In this document: piece after piece, positions 8,064 through 18,278 of the stretch
Position numbering within the stretch: the first letter of the stretch is position 1
How the letters are laid out: each line of letters begins with the position of its first letter
Program-made: the position numbers and the translations under genes
Sequence record: MN276049.1
From: Acinetobacter phage BS46
Length of the DNA: 64,000 nucleotides
Direction: 5' to 3' (one strand)
The notes under the pieces: model-generated
Told to the model about the DNA's origin: nothing
What the model saw: only the letters and a program-made list of their open reading frames with translations
The model's database searches: none

Positions 8064-8075
8064 TTACATGGTTTT

Positions 8076-8453
8076 TTGTTTTTTATTGTCGAGGAATATA
8101 TGGCAGCAAGAAATTTTGATAAAGTTTTTGATGCGAAAGTTATTAAAGCAAAAATGAATTCTGATGTCGAGTTAGCTATTCAAATTTTACGTGATGGCTT
8201 GGTGTCGAAGGAAATAAGTGCAAAAGATAAAATTAAATTAGCAAATGATTATTTAGGGTTGTTTCTTAAATTGGATGACAAGATCATTCGTGATGAATTT
8301 AATAAAGAAGCATTAAAACAAACAAAGCTAAAAACACTATCTTTACAAGGGGATTTGTATACAGAGAAATCTGAAAAGCTTCTTGATGAAACAACACCTC
8401 TGAATCAACCAAAGTTCTCACCTTTTATGAGTGATGATGACAATTATAGTTAA
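8076..8453 (+). CDS. putative terminase small subunit
   Basis: 125-aa protein immediately upstream of the large terminase; position-based call. Confidence 0.4.
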   Translation: MFFIVEEYMAARNFDKVFDAKVIKAKMNSDVELAIQILRDGLVSKEISAKDKIKLANDYLGLFLKLDDKIIRDEFNKEALKQTKLKTLSLQGDLYTEKSEKLLDETTPLNQPKFSPFMSDDDNYS

Positions 8454-8464
8454 GGAGGTGTTAG

Positions 8465-10264
8465 TTGACTGCGGTGTTTAAGCCAACCTCTAAACGACAA
8501 GAGATGTTCCTAGCATCAAACAGCTTTTTAACTATTTTTGGAGGTGCAGCCTCTGGCGGCAAAAGCTTCCTCGGTTTGATGAGATTCTTGAATTATGTAG
8601 AAGACCCTAATTTTGTGGGTTATGTTTTCCGACAAACAAGTACAGATATTAAAAAAGAAGGTGGTTTGTTCTGGACTGCTGTTAAGATGTTCCAAGATTA
8701 TGATCCAGCCGTGACATATACCACTCAACCTATGGTAATTAAGTTTCCACATCCAGACCCAATCAAAAGAAAAAAGAAGATAAAGGGTGCTACAATATCC
8801 TTTACTGGTCTTGATGATCAGGATGGTATGAACGCTATTCAGGGTATTAATATTTCCGCAGCAATGGTCGATGAAGCAACTCAGATTGGTGAAGAAGAAT
8901 TCTGGTGGTTGTTAACACGATTACGTACAGAAGCAAATATGGTTCCTAATATATGGTTGACATGTAACCCTGATGATCAATCGTTTATTCTAAGACAATT
9001 TGTTCATTGGTGGTTATATCCACGAGGAACTATTGCTGATGTTGTATCGTCAAACATTTACACGAAAGACTTAAAGCATATTAAAGTTGGTGATCGTGTA
9101 TTTATTGAAGTTCACAGAAACGGTGAGTTTGTTAAAGAGTACGATACAAGTGGACACATCACCTTATCAGAGAACATTAAGTTTTTTGGTGTTGCTGGAA
9201 GCTTATCTGTCCACAGAGGTTTTGTTGAAGATGGTGTTAGACTATTTACATCTATTCCGAGATTAAAAGAAGATGAAACAGCTACTCTTGTCTTTAAAAG
9301 AAAAGGTAGTGTTGTTTTTAAACTTGATATGGAAGTTTATGGGCAGGAAGATGTTGGTGGTAGACCAGATATCGAGAAAGTTGGTAAACAACTTTATTAT
9401 CTAAACGTCAACAATAAGGTTCATTTAGCAGAAACTCTTGACGAGATGTACGAACTTTTACCTGAATATAAAGACCATCCGATTATAAAACCTGACACTG
9501 TAAGTTTTATTGGTGCAACCTGTAAAGACAATCCAACATACCTTCTCAAAAACCCGTCATACGAATCTCAACTTCAAAACCAACCAAGATTGAAGAGAGA
9601 GCAATTATATTACGGTAACTGGTACGCAAAAGAAGAAGGTGCTGGTTATTTCCGAAGAGAGTGGTTGTTTGAACCATTAGATCATCCTTATCCTGAAGAT
9701 GAGATTAAAGCTCGTGTCCGTTGTTTTGACTTAGCATCCTCTGTACCTACAGAAGCAAACCCCGATCCAGACTACACAGTTGGTGTTTTAATTGCTAAAA
9801 CAAAATCAGGTATATATGTGATTGAGGATATGGTTAGGTTCAGAAAAAGAGCTGGTGAAGTTGAACAGGCGGTTATTGATATAATCGAAAAAGATAGAGA
9901 TATGTTTGGTTCTAAATATACTGGTTATCTTCCTGTTGACCCTGCTGCTGCTGGTAAAACTACCAAGATATACTACTCAAAACTTTTTGCTGAAAGAGGA
10001 GTTCCAGTAAGGTTTGCTAAAGTTGGGACAAAGAACTCGAAATTAAAACGTTTTGAACCATTCTCAGCTTCTTCAGAAAATGAATTGGTTCGTATTTTAA
10101 AAGCAGATTGGAATGAAGAGTTTTTCTACGAGCTTGAAGCTTTCGATGGAACGAGAAAGAAAATTCATGATGATATTGTGGATAGCGTAAGTGATGGTTT
10201 TAATATCTTAGCTACCAAGAAAGAACTTCCACAAGTAAATGCAAAATTATTAAAGATGTCGTAA
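8465..10264 (+). CDS. terminase large subunit
   Basis: TTG start 6 nt after AAGGAGG. Walker A GGAASGGKS; large ATPase plus nuclease-sized protein ahead of the portal gene. Confidence 0.9.
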   Translation: MTAVFKPTSKRQEMFLASNSFLTIFGGAASGGKSFLGLMRFLNYVEDPNFVGYVFRQTSTDIKKEGGLFWTAVKMFQDYDPAVTYTTQPMVIKFPHPDPIKRKKKIKGATISFTGLDDQDGMNAIQGINISAAMVDEATQIGEEEFWWLLTRLRTEANMVPNIWLTCNPDDQSFILRQFVHWWLYPRGTIADVVSSNIYTKDLKHIKVGDRVFIEVHRNGEFVKEYDTSGHITLSENIKFFGVAGSLSVHRGFVEDGVRLFTSIPRLKEDETATLVFKRKGSVVFKLDMEVYGQEDVGGRPDIEKVGKQLYYLNVNNKVHLAETLDEMYELLPEYKDHPIIKPDTVSFIGATCKDNPTYLLKNPSYESQLQNQPRLKREQLYYGNWYAKEEGAGYFRREWLFEPLDHPYPEDEIKARVRCFDLASSVPTEANPDPDYTVGVLIAKTKSGIYVIEDMVRFRKRAGEVEQAVIDIIEKDRDMFGSKYTGYLPVDPAAAGKTTKIYYSKLFAERGVPVRFAKVGTKNSKLKRFEPFSASSENELVRILKADWNEEFFYELEAFDGTRKKIHDDIVDSVSDGFNILATKKELPQVNAKLLKMS

Positions 10265-10273
10265 GAGGGAGAC

Positions 10274-11749
10274 ATGGCAACAAGAAAAACGAAAAAAGAA
10301 CTTGTCTTACCTAAAGAGGTCGGCACTACAGATAGTGGTCGCTATGATTCATTTCGTTTAGATAGACGGGGTGGATTAAGAAGAGAATTAACCTTCCCAT
10401 ACAGTATTTATACTTATGATGAGATGGCTAAAAACTCCACTATTGCATCAGCACTTATTGCCATTTACTTAATTGCATTACGTGTACCACGTTATATTGA
10501 ACCTTATGATGGGTCAGCTACTCATAAGAAAAGAGCTGAGTTTCTAGATGAGTGTTTAGGTGTTACAAGACCACAAAACGACATGACACATACTTTTGAC
10601 GATCTTATCCGTGAAGCATTATCCATGAATAAATATGGATTCAGTATTCACGAGAAGGTATTCAGAGTACGAAGATTGAAGAATGGTAGTAAGTACGATG
10701 ATGGTAAAGTAGGTATTAAAAGACTTCCTATCAGACCACAATATTCTATTGAAGAATTTGAATATGACGACATGGGAAGAGAATTGGTTGCTATCAAGCA
10801 AGCAGTTAATACAAAGAATGTAAGTCAGTCTGCTTTATCTACATTCATTAATGGAAATTTAAAACGCATTCCACGAGAAGATTTCTTATTATTTAATGCT
10901 GAAGCAACTACTGGTGCTGCAATAAGTGTTTCTCCTTTAGCTCATGTGTATGATGTTTGGGTAGAATTAATTAAGTATAAAGACCTTGAGAACATTGCAT
11001 CATCCAAAAACTTGAATGGTTTACCTGTTTTATGGATGCCAGCAGAGCATATGGTTGATGATCCAGAAGACCCAGCAAGTGAAGTGTTTAAAGTATTACG
11101 TGATGGTATCAGTAAGATTTCTGTTGGTCAACAAACATCGTTGATGCTTCCTAGTGACCGAGAATCTGAATCTAATACTGGTGGTAAGCTCTATGATTTC
11201 CAATTAATGTCTGCATCTTCATCAAACATTACAGCAATTCAACAAACAATCAAACGATTAACTGATGAGATTCTTCAGTGTTTATCTGCTGACTGGTTGA
11301 AAGATGAGAATGAGATTGATACTGCAAAGACATCTTTGATGATTATGTTGGTTGAAGGTCGTATTAGAGAAATCTTTACTCGTTTGAATACTGACTTAAT
11401 TCCTCATTTGTGGAGATTAAATGGTTGGGATGACACCAAGACTCCTCAGATCAAATATGGAACATTGAAAGAAGTTAGTATGTCAGATTTTGCTAAAGCA
11501 ATGCAACAAACGAAAGCAACTAAATTGATTGCTGTAACTCCTAAGAACATCAACTACATTGCTGAGAAACTTGGATTACCTGAACGTTTAGATGAAAACT
11601 TAACTCAAGAAGAGTTAGATAAGATTTTAGGTGTTGAACAAGCGGATGATTCAAGAAGTGGTGATGGTCTTGAGAAAGGATCAGGAAACGGAACATCCGA
11701 TACTGTTTCAGAAGCAGACACTTCAGCAAATAATTTAAGTAATAAATAG
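10274..11749 (+). CDS. portal protein
   Basis: 491-aa protein between terminase and protease with acidic C-terminus; typical position and size. Confidence 0.8.
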   Translation: MATRKTKKELVLPKEVGTTDSGRYDSFRLDRRGGLRRELTFPYSIYTYDEMAKNSTIASALIAIYLIALRVPRYIEPYDGSATHKKRAEFLDECLGVTRPQNDMTHTFDDLIREALSMNKYGFSIHEKVFRVRRLKNGSKYDDGKVGIKRLPIRPQYSIEEFEYDDMGRELVAIKQAVNTKNVSQSALSTFINGNLKRIPREDFLLFNAEATTGAAISVSPLAHVYDVWVELIKYKDLENIASSKNLNGLPVLWMPAEHMVDDPEDPASEVFKVLRDGISKISVGQQTSLMLPSDRESESNTGGKLYDFQLMSASSSNITAIQQTIKRLTDEILQCLSADWLKDENEIDTAKTSLMIMLVEGRIREIFTRLNTDLIPHLWRLNGWDDTKTPQIKYGTLKEVSMSDFAKAMQQTKATKLIAVTPKNINYIAEKLGLPERLDENLTQEELDKILGVEQADDSRSGDGLEKGSGNGTSDTVSEADTSANNLSNK

Positions 11750-11761
11750 TGGAGGTCATAA

Positions 11762-13198
11762 TTGGCTAAATATAAAAGAGGTAGCTTAGCATTAGCTAGA
11801 CAGGTGTTTAACACACCTCAGTTAATTATTGAGTCTGACCTACAACGCATCTCTCAATTCCTTGTTGACCGTGCGAACGGTGTTGAGTTATTTACTTCAA
11901 ATAAAGATGTCGATAAAAACACAGAAATAACAGCAGAAGTATTACAATCTCTTGCTTCGTATGATAATGAAGAGGATCGTAAATCCTATCAAAAAGCTAT
12001 CGGTATTACAAACGATGGTAAACGAGGAAATCTCTTTGTTGAAGGAACATTGGTTGCTAAAGCTGGTGAGATTGATGCTGATTGCATGGAACTAACTTCC
12101 TATGAAAAGCTGTTCAGCACATTTCAGATGCAAGTTAAAGAAGGGATTCAAGAGTTATTAATTACTGTAGATTCAGGTGGTGGGGCTGCGTTCTCGTGCT
12201 TTGAAATGGCACAGGAAGTTAAAAGTCTTGCTGTGAAAAACAACATTAAGATATATACATATATTGATGGGCTAGCAGCTAGTGCTGCATATGCATGGGC
12301 TTCGATTGCAGATGAAGTTATTGCACGACCTCAATCAGAGGTTGGTTCTATTGGTGTTGTTGTGCAGTTAATTAATAACAATAAGATGTTAGAAAACATC
12401 GGTATCACCAGAAAGTTTATTACCTACGGTGAAAGTAAAGTACCTTTCGGTGATGATGGCGAGTTTACTAAAAACTTCCTAGAGTCATTACAAAAGAAAG
12501 TCAATAAGACGGGTCTGGAATTTACTTCCTTTGTTTCAAAAAACCGAAACATGTCTACAGATGAAATCATTTCAACCCAAGCTGAAGTGTTTGATGCTGA
12601 AGAAGCGTTGTCTATCGGGTTAATTGACAAGATTATGACCAAATCAGAGTTCTTTAATGACTACTTACCTTCTAGACAAACTTATTCAAGTAACCAAACA
12701 TATTTACAAACTGAGGAACATATGAAACAAGAACAAAACAAAGCACCAGTAGTTGCTACCGTTGAGGAATTACAAGCTCAATTAAGTGCTTCTGAGGCTA
12801 CCAAAGAGCAACTTACAACTGAAATTGAATCTTTAAAAGAGCAGTTATCTGTTGCAAATGAATTTCAAGAAAAATTAGCAACATTACAAGCAAGCTATGA
12901 CGCTCTTGTTGTTGAGAAAGAAGCTTCAGAGAAAGCTGCACAAGTAGCTAAACGTCAAGCATCATTAGAAGCTGCGATTGGTAAAGATAATGAGCAACTT
13001 GCTTCACTGTTGGAATCTACAGCAATGCTCGAAGACTCTGCTTTTGAAATTGTTGTAAAAGGTTTATCTACACAACAAGAATCAAAACAAGCAAAACTAG
13101 AAGAGAAGGGTGGTGAAGGCGCTCCAACAACAGCACAACTATCTATTGAAGAAAAACTTGCTGCTACAGCAAAACGTATGACAAAGCAACCTGCTTAA
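11762..13198 (+). CDS. prohead protease (S49/SppA-like) fused to coiled-coil scaffold domain
   Basis: DSGGGAAFSCFEM...IDGLAASAAYAWA...GSIGVV resembles S49 peptidases. The C-terminal 160 aa is Ala/Glu/Gln-rich coiled coil. Confidence 0.7.
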   Translation: MAKYKRGSLALARQVFNTPQLIIESDLQRISQFLVDRANGVELFTSNKDVDKNTEITAEVLQSLASYDNEEDRKSYQKAIGITNDGKRGNLFVEGTLVAKAGEIDADCMELTSYEKLFSTFQMQVKEGIQELLITVDSGGGAAFSCFEMAQEVKSLAVKNNIKIYTYIDGLAASAAYAWASIADEVIARPQSEVGSIGVVVQLINNNKMLENIGITRKFITYGESKVPFGDDGEFTKNFLESLQKKVNKTGLEFTSFVSKNRNMSTDEIISTQAEVFDAEEALSIGLIDKIMTKSEFFNDYLPSRQTYSSNQTYLQTEEHMKQEQNKAPVVATVEELQAQLSASEATKEQLTTEIESLKEQLSVANEFQEKLATLQASYDALVVEKEASEKAAQVAKRQASLEAAIGKDNEQLASLLESTAMLEDSAFEIVVKGLSTQQESKQAKLEEKGGEGAPTTAQLSIEEKLAATAKRMTKQPA

Positions 13199-13216
13199 TA
13201 AAAGGAATCTAAACAA

Positions 13217-13696
13217 ATGGCAGTTATTACAAATTTATTTCAAACCCCTGTAGTTCCTTCTGACGTATTCGGTTACGAAGTAAACACAGACGCTGGTTAT
13301 GGTCGTGAAACATTCAACATTACGATTGCAAGCGGTGTGGTTCGTGTTGGTACAATTTTAGAAGTTGACTATGCAGCAGGTACAGCTACTCCTATCGCAG
13401 CTCCAGCAGATGCAGCAGCAGTTGCAGCTCTCGGTGACTTAGCAGTATGGGTTGGTCGTGATCTTCCTACAAACCCTGCTACAGCACAAGACTTTGATCG
13501 TCTTACACAAACAGCTTCAGGTGAAGGTGTTGCAATCGTTAAAGGTGATGGTCGTGGTATCTTGAAGAAAGGTAACTTAGTTGCTGGTACAACTCAATAT
13601 TACCAACTTCCTGCTGATGTTATCGCAGCATTAGATGCTAAATTTACAAAAGAAAACCGCTTCAAAATGGTTGAACAACAATACACCCCTGCTTAA
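13217..13696 (+). CDS. putative head decoration protein
   Basis: Ala/Gly-rich 159-aa protein between scaffold and capsid genes; position-based call. Confidence 0.4.
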   Translation: MAVITNLFQTPVVPSDVFGYEVNTDAGYGRETFNITIASGVVRVGTILEVDYAAGTATPIAAPADAAAVAALGDLAVWVGRDLPTNPATAQDFDRLTQTASGEGVAIVKGDGRGILKKGNLVAGTTQYYQLPADVIAALDAKFTKENRFKMVEQQYTPA

Positions 13697-13714
13697 TAAA
13701 AGGAATTAAAACAC

Positions 13715-14791
13715 ATGGCACAAATTCGTAACCCTATTAACCCGAATACTACGATTGATCTTGGCTCGGTATTAGAAGTCATTAATCCTCAGTATGGTCG
13801 TATTGATCAATCAGGTTTATTTGAAGAACAAGGCATCTTATCTCAAGCACATATGTACAAAATTGTGGATCAAGGTGTCACTAAAATGACCAAACTTACT
13901 TCACGTACAGAGCGTGATGCTATGGCGGTTGAAAAACCAAAAGAGAAGTATGTAACAATGGCAGGTGTAACCATCAAAGAGACTGGTGGTGTTACTGTAG
14001 AAGATTTAATTGGCGTTGTTTCAGGTGGTATTGATTTTGAATCTGATTCATTCCAAGAAGCTCTTATTAAAGAAGCTACTCGCTTAGCTAACGTTGGTGC
14101 AGCTAACATGGAATACGTTAAGCTTACAGCTACTCAAGGTGTTGTACTTGACCCGTATGACGGTTCTGTTGCTATTGACCAATATGCTAACACTGGTACT
14201 GTTCGTTCAACAGCAACGATTACAGCAGCTCCGACAGCAGACCTTATTGGTTCATTAACTGCTTTACGTAACCAGTTAGAAGTTCTTAACGGCTATAACG
14301 GCAACATCTCTGAAGTTGAGATTATTCTTGGCGAAACAGCGTTTAATGCTATTGTCAACCACCCTGACTTTGTAACTCTTTACCAATTAGCGTTTACTGG
14401 TTTAGGTATGTCAGCAATTAACCAACCTGTCCTTAACGGTAGTCTTGGTATGCAACAAAAAGGTCAATACGGTTATTCTCGTGAATTCCGTTGGGAAAAC
14501 TTAGTGTTCCGTACTTACCCACAAAAATTCTACCGTTGGAATGGTACAGCAGTTGATGCTGTTGCAGCTAACAAAGGTTGGACAATTGTTCATGGTGTTT
14601 CTGGTCTTTACCAAGTTAAGTACACACCAGCACCTTACGTTTCTAAGTACAACCAAGTTGGTCAAAAATGGGTAGCTCGTTCTACTGGTATCATTGACGA
14701 TACTCACGCAGATATTACTCTAGAATCTCATTTGATTCCATTTATGCAACGTCCTGAAATGTCTCTTGACATCACCGTGACTACAGCGTAA
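13715..14791 (+). CDS. major capsid protein
   Basis: 358-aa protein after protease/scaffold/decoration, followed by a hairpin; canonical position. Confidence 0.75.
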   Translation: MAQIRNPINPNTTIDLGSVLEVINPQYGRIDQSGLFEEQGILSQAHMYKIVDQGVTKMTKLTSRTERDAMAVEKPKEKYVTMAGVTIKETGGVTVEDLIGVVSGGIDFESDSFQEALIKEATRLANVGAANMEYVKLTATQGVVLDPYDGSVAIDQYANTGTVRSTATITAAPTADLIGSLTALRNQLEVLNGYNGNISEVEIILGETAFNAIVNHPDFVTLYQLAFTGLGMSAINQPVLNGSLGMQQKGQYGYSREFRWENLVFRTYPQKFYRWNGTAVDAVAANKGWTIVHGVSGLYQVKYTPAPYVSKYNQVGQKWVARSTGIIDDTHADITLESHLIPFMQRPEMSLDITVTTA

Positions 14792-14800
14792 TAGGGATGA

Positions 14801-14826
14801 GAGCTACGCAATGTAGCTCTCTACAT
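14801..14826 (+). terminator. hairpin after capsid gene
   Basis: GAGAGCTAC-gcaat-GTAGCTCTC palindrome followed by T-rich tract. Confidence 0.4.
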
Positions 14827-14889
14827 TCTTTAGTAACTTAATAACAGGTTATTAAACAATGTAGAGACGCATTATTATAAGGAAAATAC

Positions 14890-15375
14890 ATGGCAGATTT
14901 AGACCCAATAAATAATCCAATTGACGCTCTACGTCTTGAGTTTGGTGATACAGATGAATATGATTATGTTCTTTCTGATCAAAGTTATCAATACTTCATT
15001 AACACCTATGGAAATTCACCTACACTTTTAAGAAAGAAACTTGGTATGGCTATCCTAGCTGTATTTGCTAAGGAAGGTTTTAGACAACGTGTTGGTCAAG
15101 AAGAAGCCTATCTTGGTGAGCGCTATACAAACTATCGTGAATGGCTTAAAGATAAAGTTACCAACCCAATGCTCACAGGTAATATTCCTAAAGTTTATGT
15201 TGGTGGAGTTGTTAGAGAAACTGTTGCTGAATATGAAAATCGCTTAGATTTGATTGACAGTTATTTCTATCGTGGTCAAGGCTTTAAGATGCCTGATTGG
15301 AAATATAAGCGTAACTTTTTCTTAAATACAGTGGTTGAGCCTGAAGAAACAGCTTGTAAATACCTTTATGAATAG
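14890..15375 (+). CDS. head-tail adaptor/connector protein (putative)
   Basis: Position after the capsid gene. Confidence 0.4.
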   Translation: MADLDPINNPIDALRLEFGDTDEYDYVLSDQSYQYFINTYGNSPTLLRKKLGMAILAVFAKEGFRQRVGQEEAYLGERYTNYREWLKDKVTNPMLTGNIPKVYVGGVVRETVAEYENRLDLIDSYFYRGQGFKMPDWKYKRNFFLNTVVEPEETACKYLYE

Positions 15376-15386
15376 AGGGTATTAAT

Positions 15387-15986
15387 ATGGCTAAAATGAG
15401 TAGTGCTAGAATTAGACAATTAGCTCAAGGTGTTGATGTTGATTTACAAATAACAGAAGACTTAACTGGATTTAAAAATCTAATTAAAGCTTGTAAGAAA
15501 GCCCACAACAGACAAATCAGATTTGGATGGTTAGAGAAAAAGAGATATCCAGCAGCTAAGAACAAACCTTCTTTGTATGTTGCACAAGTGGCTTTTTGGC
15601 AAGAGTTTGGTACAGATCGCTTTGTTGCAAGACCTTATTTTAGACAACTTATTAACCAAGTTAAGTATCGTTTCAATGATGATATACGATGGTTTTTAAA
15701 AGGTGTTACTGAGGGTGTTGTAGATGATCAGCAATTACTAAACTTAGCTAATGAGATTGAATACACTTATCATTCTACTGTCAGTCGTCAACAATATAAA
15801 AAATTATCACCAATCACCATTCGAATTAAAGGGCATGACTTCCAGTTAGATAATACAGGAGTCATGCTCAACTCGTTTAAAGCTAAGGTTTTTTATCAAA
15901 ATATAGACAACCTAAAACAACATGATGTCAAGATTGATGATTATAAAAGTTTTTGGCAAGCAGTTAAATCAAGGAGATCATCATGA
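15387..15986 (+). CDS. head completion / minor capsid protein (putative)
   Basis: Position in the neck module. Confidence 0.35.
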   Translation: MAKMSSARIRQLAQGVDVDLQITEDLTGFKNLIKACKKAHNRQIRFGWLEKKRYPAAKNKPSLYVAQVAFWQEFGTDRFVARPYFRQLINQVKYRFNDDIRWFLKGVTEGVVDDQQLLNLANEIEYTYHSTVSRQQYKKLSPITIRIKGHDFQLDNTGVMLNSFKAKVFYQNIDNLKQHDVKIDDYKSFWQAVKSRRSS

Positions 15987-16384
15987 GTAGTATTACCAAC
16001 TTGGGAAAAAGAATTCATATTGTTCTGAGAGATAATGGAACTGGTGGAGAGTATGTAGATGGTGAATGGATTCCAGCAGTAAGAAAGATTGTAGAGATAA
16101 AAGCGAACATACAGCCTGCATGGAGCTTTACACAAACTCAATTACTTCCTAGTGGTGATAGAGATAAGCGCTCTATTTGGATAAGTAGTAATGATTGGTT
16201 ATATGAAGCTGGACATGGTGAAAACCCTTTAGAACCAGACATCATTCAATATAATGGCGCTCAATGGGAAGTTAAAGCTGTAATGCCTTATGGTAACTTC
16301 GGTCAACATTGTGAAGCAATTGCTGTCAAACTTGACACAAGTCAAAGACCGAGAATTGAAGGTGAAGTCGGAGTTATTAATTAA
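15983..16384 (+). CDS. neck / head-tail joining protein (putative)
   Basis: Position; translationally coupled to neighbours. Confidence 0.35.
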   Translation: MSSITNLGKRIHIVLRDNGTGGEYVDGEWIPAVRKIVEIKANIQPAWSFTQTQLLPSGDRDKRSIWISSNDWLYEAGHGENPLEPDIIQYNGAQWEVKAVMPYGNFGQHCEAIAVKLDTSQRPRIEGEVGVIN

Positions 16385-16908
16385 TGAAATTTGAATCAGC
16401 AATTATTAAGTCCCTTCAGACATGTTTACCTTCATTTAAATTTATCTTAGCTGATCGTAATGGTGTAGAACCAGCAGCTCCTTATTGTTTAGTCACAATT
16501 ATTGATGTGATCAATCGTGGTAAACCATATGTCACTACAGCAAGTAAAGCTGGTGTTGAAATAGAACAGATTACACAAAATAAAGTTGTTAATTTTTCTT
16601 TAACCTTACATGCTCTCGCTACTGACATTCAACAAGACGAGTTTGAAAGATTTCATGTTGGATTAGGAAGTACATTTGTTACTTCAGCTTTTTATGGTAA
16701 TGGTCTAGGTATCACTGAATATAGTGACATCATTTATCAATCCACACCTGTTAATGACATATCATACAAAAGAGCAATTATTGATATTTCATTATTCTGT
16801 TCTAGAACTGAAGAATACTACTCACCATTTATTAAAGTCGTTGAGACTCATGGTGAACTAGAGGATTCAGAAAGTAACCTAGACATAACAACTGATTTTA
16901 ATATTTAA
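16384..16908 (+). CDS. tail completion / neck protein (putative)
   Basis: Position in the neck module. Confidence 0.35.
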   Translation: MKFESAIIKSLQTCLPSFKFILADRNGVEPAAPYCLVTIIDVINRGKPYVTTASKAGVEIEQITQNKVVNFSLTLHALATDIQQDEFERFHVGLGSTFVTSAFYGNGLGITEYSDIIYQSTPVNDISYKRAIIDISLFCSRTEEYYSPFIKVVETHGELEDSESNLDITTDFNI

Positions 16909-16917
16909 TGGTGAAAT

Positions 16918-18267
16918 ATGGCAGAACAAAAAATAAATGAATTACCAATAACACCTTCTACTGGTTTCACCGAAAATGATAGCTTTGTAATTATTGACGA
17001 TAATAAAGCTAGATTACTTCAAAGACCTACACTCTTATCATGGATACAGCAGAATGTTCAAGGAGAGAAAGGTGAACAAGGTATTCCCGGAATAAATGGT
17101 TCAGACGGAAAAGATGGTGCGGATGGTAAGGACGGAGCAAACGGATTATCGGCATATCAAATTGCAGTAAATAATGGCTTTGTTGGAACAGAAGCTCAAT
17201 GGTTAGCTTCATTAAAAGGTACTAAAGGTGATGCAGGGACAAACGGTAATAATGGATGGAGTCCACATTTAGCTGTTGTAGCAACAGGTGAAAGAAGAGT
17301 TTTACAAATAACAGCGTGGACAGGTGGAACAGGAACACCCCCTCCTACAGGGTATATTGGTTCTACTGGTATTGTTGATAATATTGCTAATGCTGTTGAT
17401 ATTAGAGGTTCTATTGGTTTACAAGGTGTTGCTGGGGAAGCTGGATGGAGTCCTGTTCTAGCAATTGCTAATAACTCAAGCTCACAACAAGTAATTCGTG
17501 TATTAGATTGGACTGGCGGTACAGGAACAAAACCTGCTGTAGGTTACATCGGATCAACTGGTATTGTTTCAACGGCAGATGCAGCTTCAGCATTAACTGT
17601 TACTGTAAATCAAAATGATGTTCGAGCGACATCATTAACTGGTTTGGCTCTAACTAACAAAACAGACGTTACTGCAAGTGATACAGTATTACAGGCATTT
17701 GGTAAACTACAAGCACAGCTTGATGCTATGTCTAACCAAGCAGGACAAGTTAAAGTCACATACACAGGATTAACAGTAAGTAATTTTACTGCAAATACAT
17801 TTAAGACTTTTGATATTGTTTCAGCTACACAGACTATTGCTCCTTCTCCTACAACTACATACCCTAAAGCCACTCCGAATAACTATGCTGGCTTCTTTGA
17901 TGCTAACAGAGGAAGTTCACCGAATGGCAGACTGATTGAAAACCCTGTTAGTGGTCAAGTGCATGGTTGGAGAATTCAAGGAACATTTAGTGGTAAATCA
18001 ACAAGCGGTACAAATACAGAAGTTCTTAGTATAAGAATTCGAAACCCTATTAGTGGTTTTACTTATACCAAAGCAATAACACTACCTAACAGTTTAGCTT
18101 CAGGAACATTTGCTGATGAGCTTTTAACAATTGCTGATGACAACAGCATACCTTCACCAAATGGTTATATCCTTGAAGTTGCTTTGTCTGAAACTGATGC
18201 GGGTCTAAGTGTCAGCATTAGTGCATTAACTAGAATGTCTTTCGCTAAAGAAGTTTATATTTCTTAA
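16918..18267 (+). CDS. collagen-like repeat fibre protein (whisker/head or tail fibre)
   Basis: Gly-X-Y run GEKGEQGIPGINGSDGKDGADGKDGANG. Two tandem approx 60-aa repeats (WSP.LA...TGGTGT...GYIGSTGIV). Confidence 0.6.
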   Translation: MAEQKINELPITPSTGFTENDSFVIIDDNKARLLQRPTLLSWIQQNVQGEKGEQGIPGINGSDGKDGADGKDGANGLSAYQIAVNNGFVGTEAQWLASLKGTKGDAGTNGNNGWSPHLAVVATGERRVLQITAWTGGTGTPPPTGYIGSTGIVDNIANAVDIRGSIGLQGVAGEAGWSPVLAIANNSSSQQVIRVLDWTGGTGTKPAVGYIGSTGIVSTADAASALTVTVNQNDVRATSLTGLALTNKTDVTASDTVLQAFGKLQAQLDAMSNQAGQVKVTYTGLTVSNFTANTFKTFDIVSATQTIAPSPTTTYPKATPNNYAGFFDANRGSSPNGRLIENPVSGQVHGWRIQGTFSGKSTSGTNTEVLSIRIRNPISGFTYTKAITLPNSLASGTFADELLTIADDNSIPSPNGYILEVALSETDAGLSVSISALTRMSFAKEVYIS

Positions 18268-18278
18268 TAGGAGAGTTT

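Noticed and set aside
8528-8752. Antisense ORFs inside the large terminase gene (and portal, scaffold and capsid genes at 10619-10801, 11550-11814, 12424-12642, 13870-14109, 14501-14707)
   Set aside because: Nested within long, well-supported genes on the opposite strand; no RBS and no recognisable motifs.
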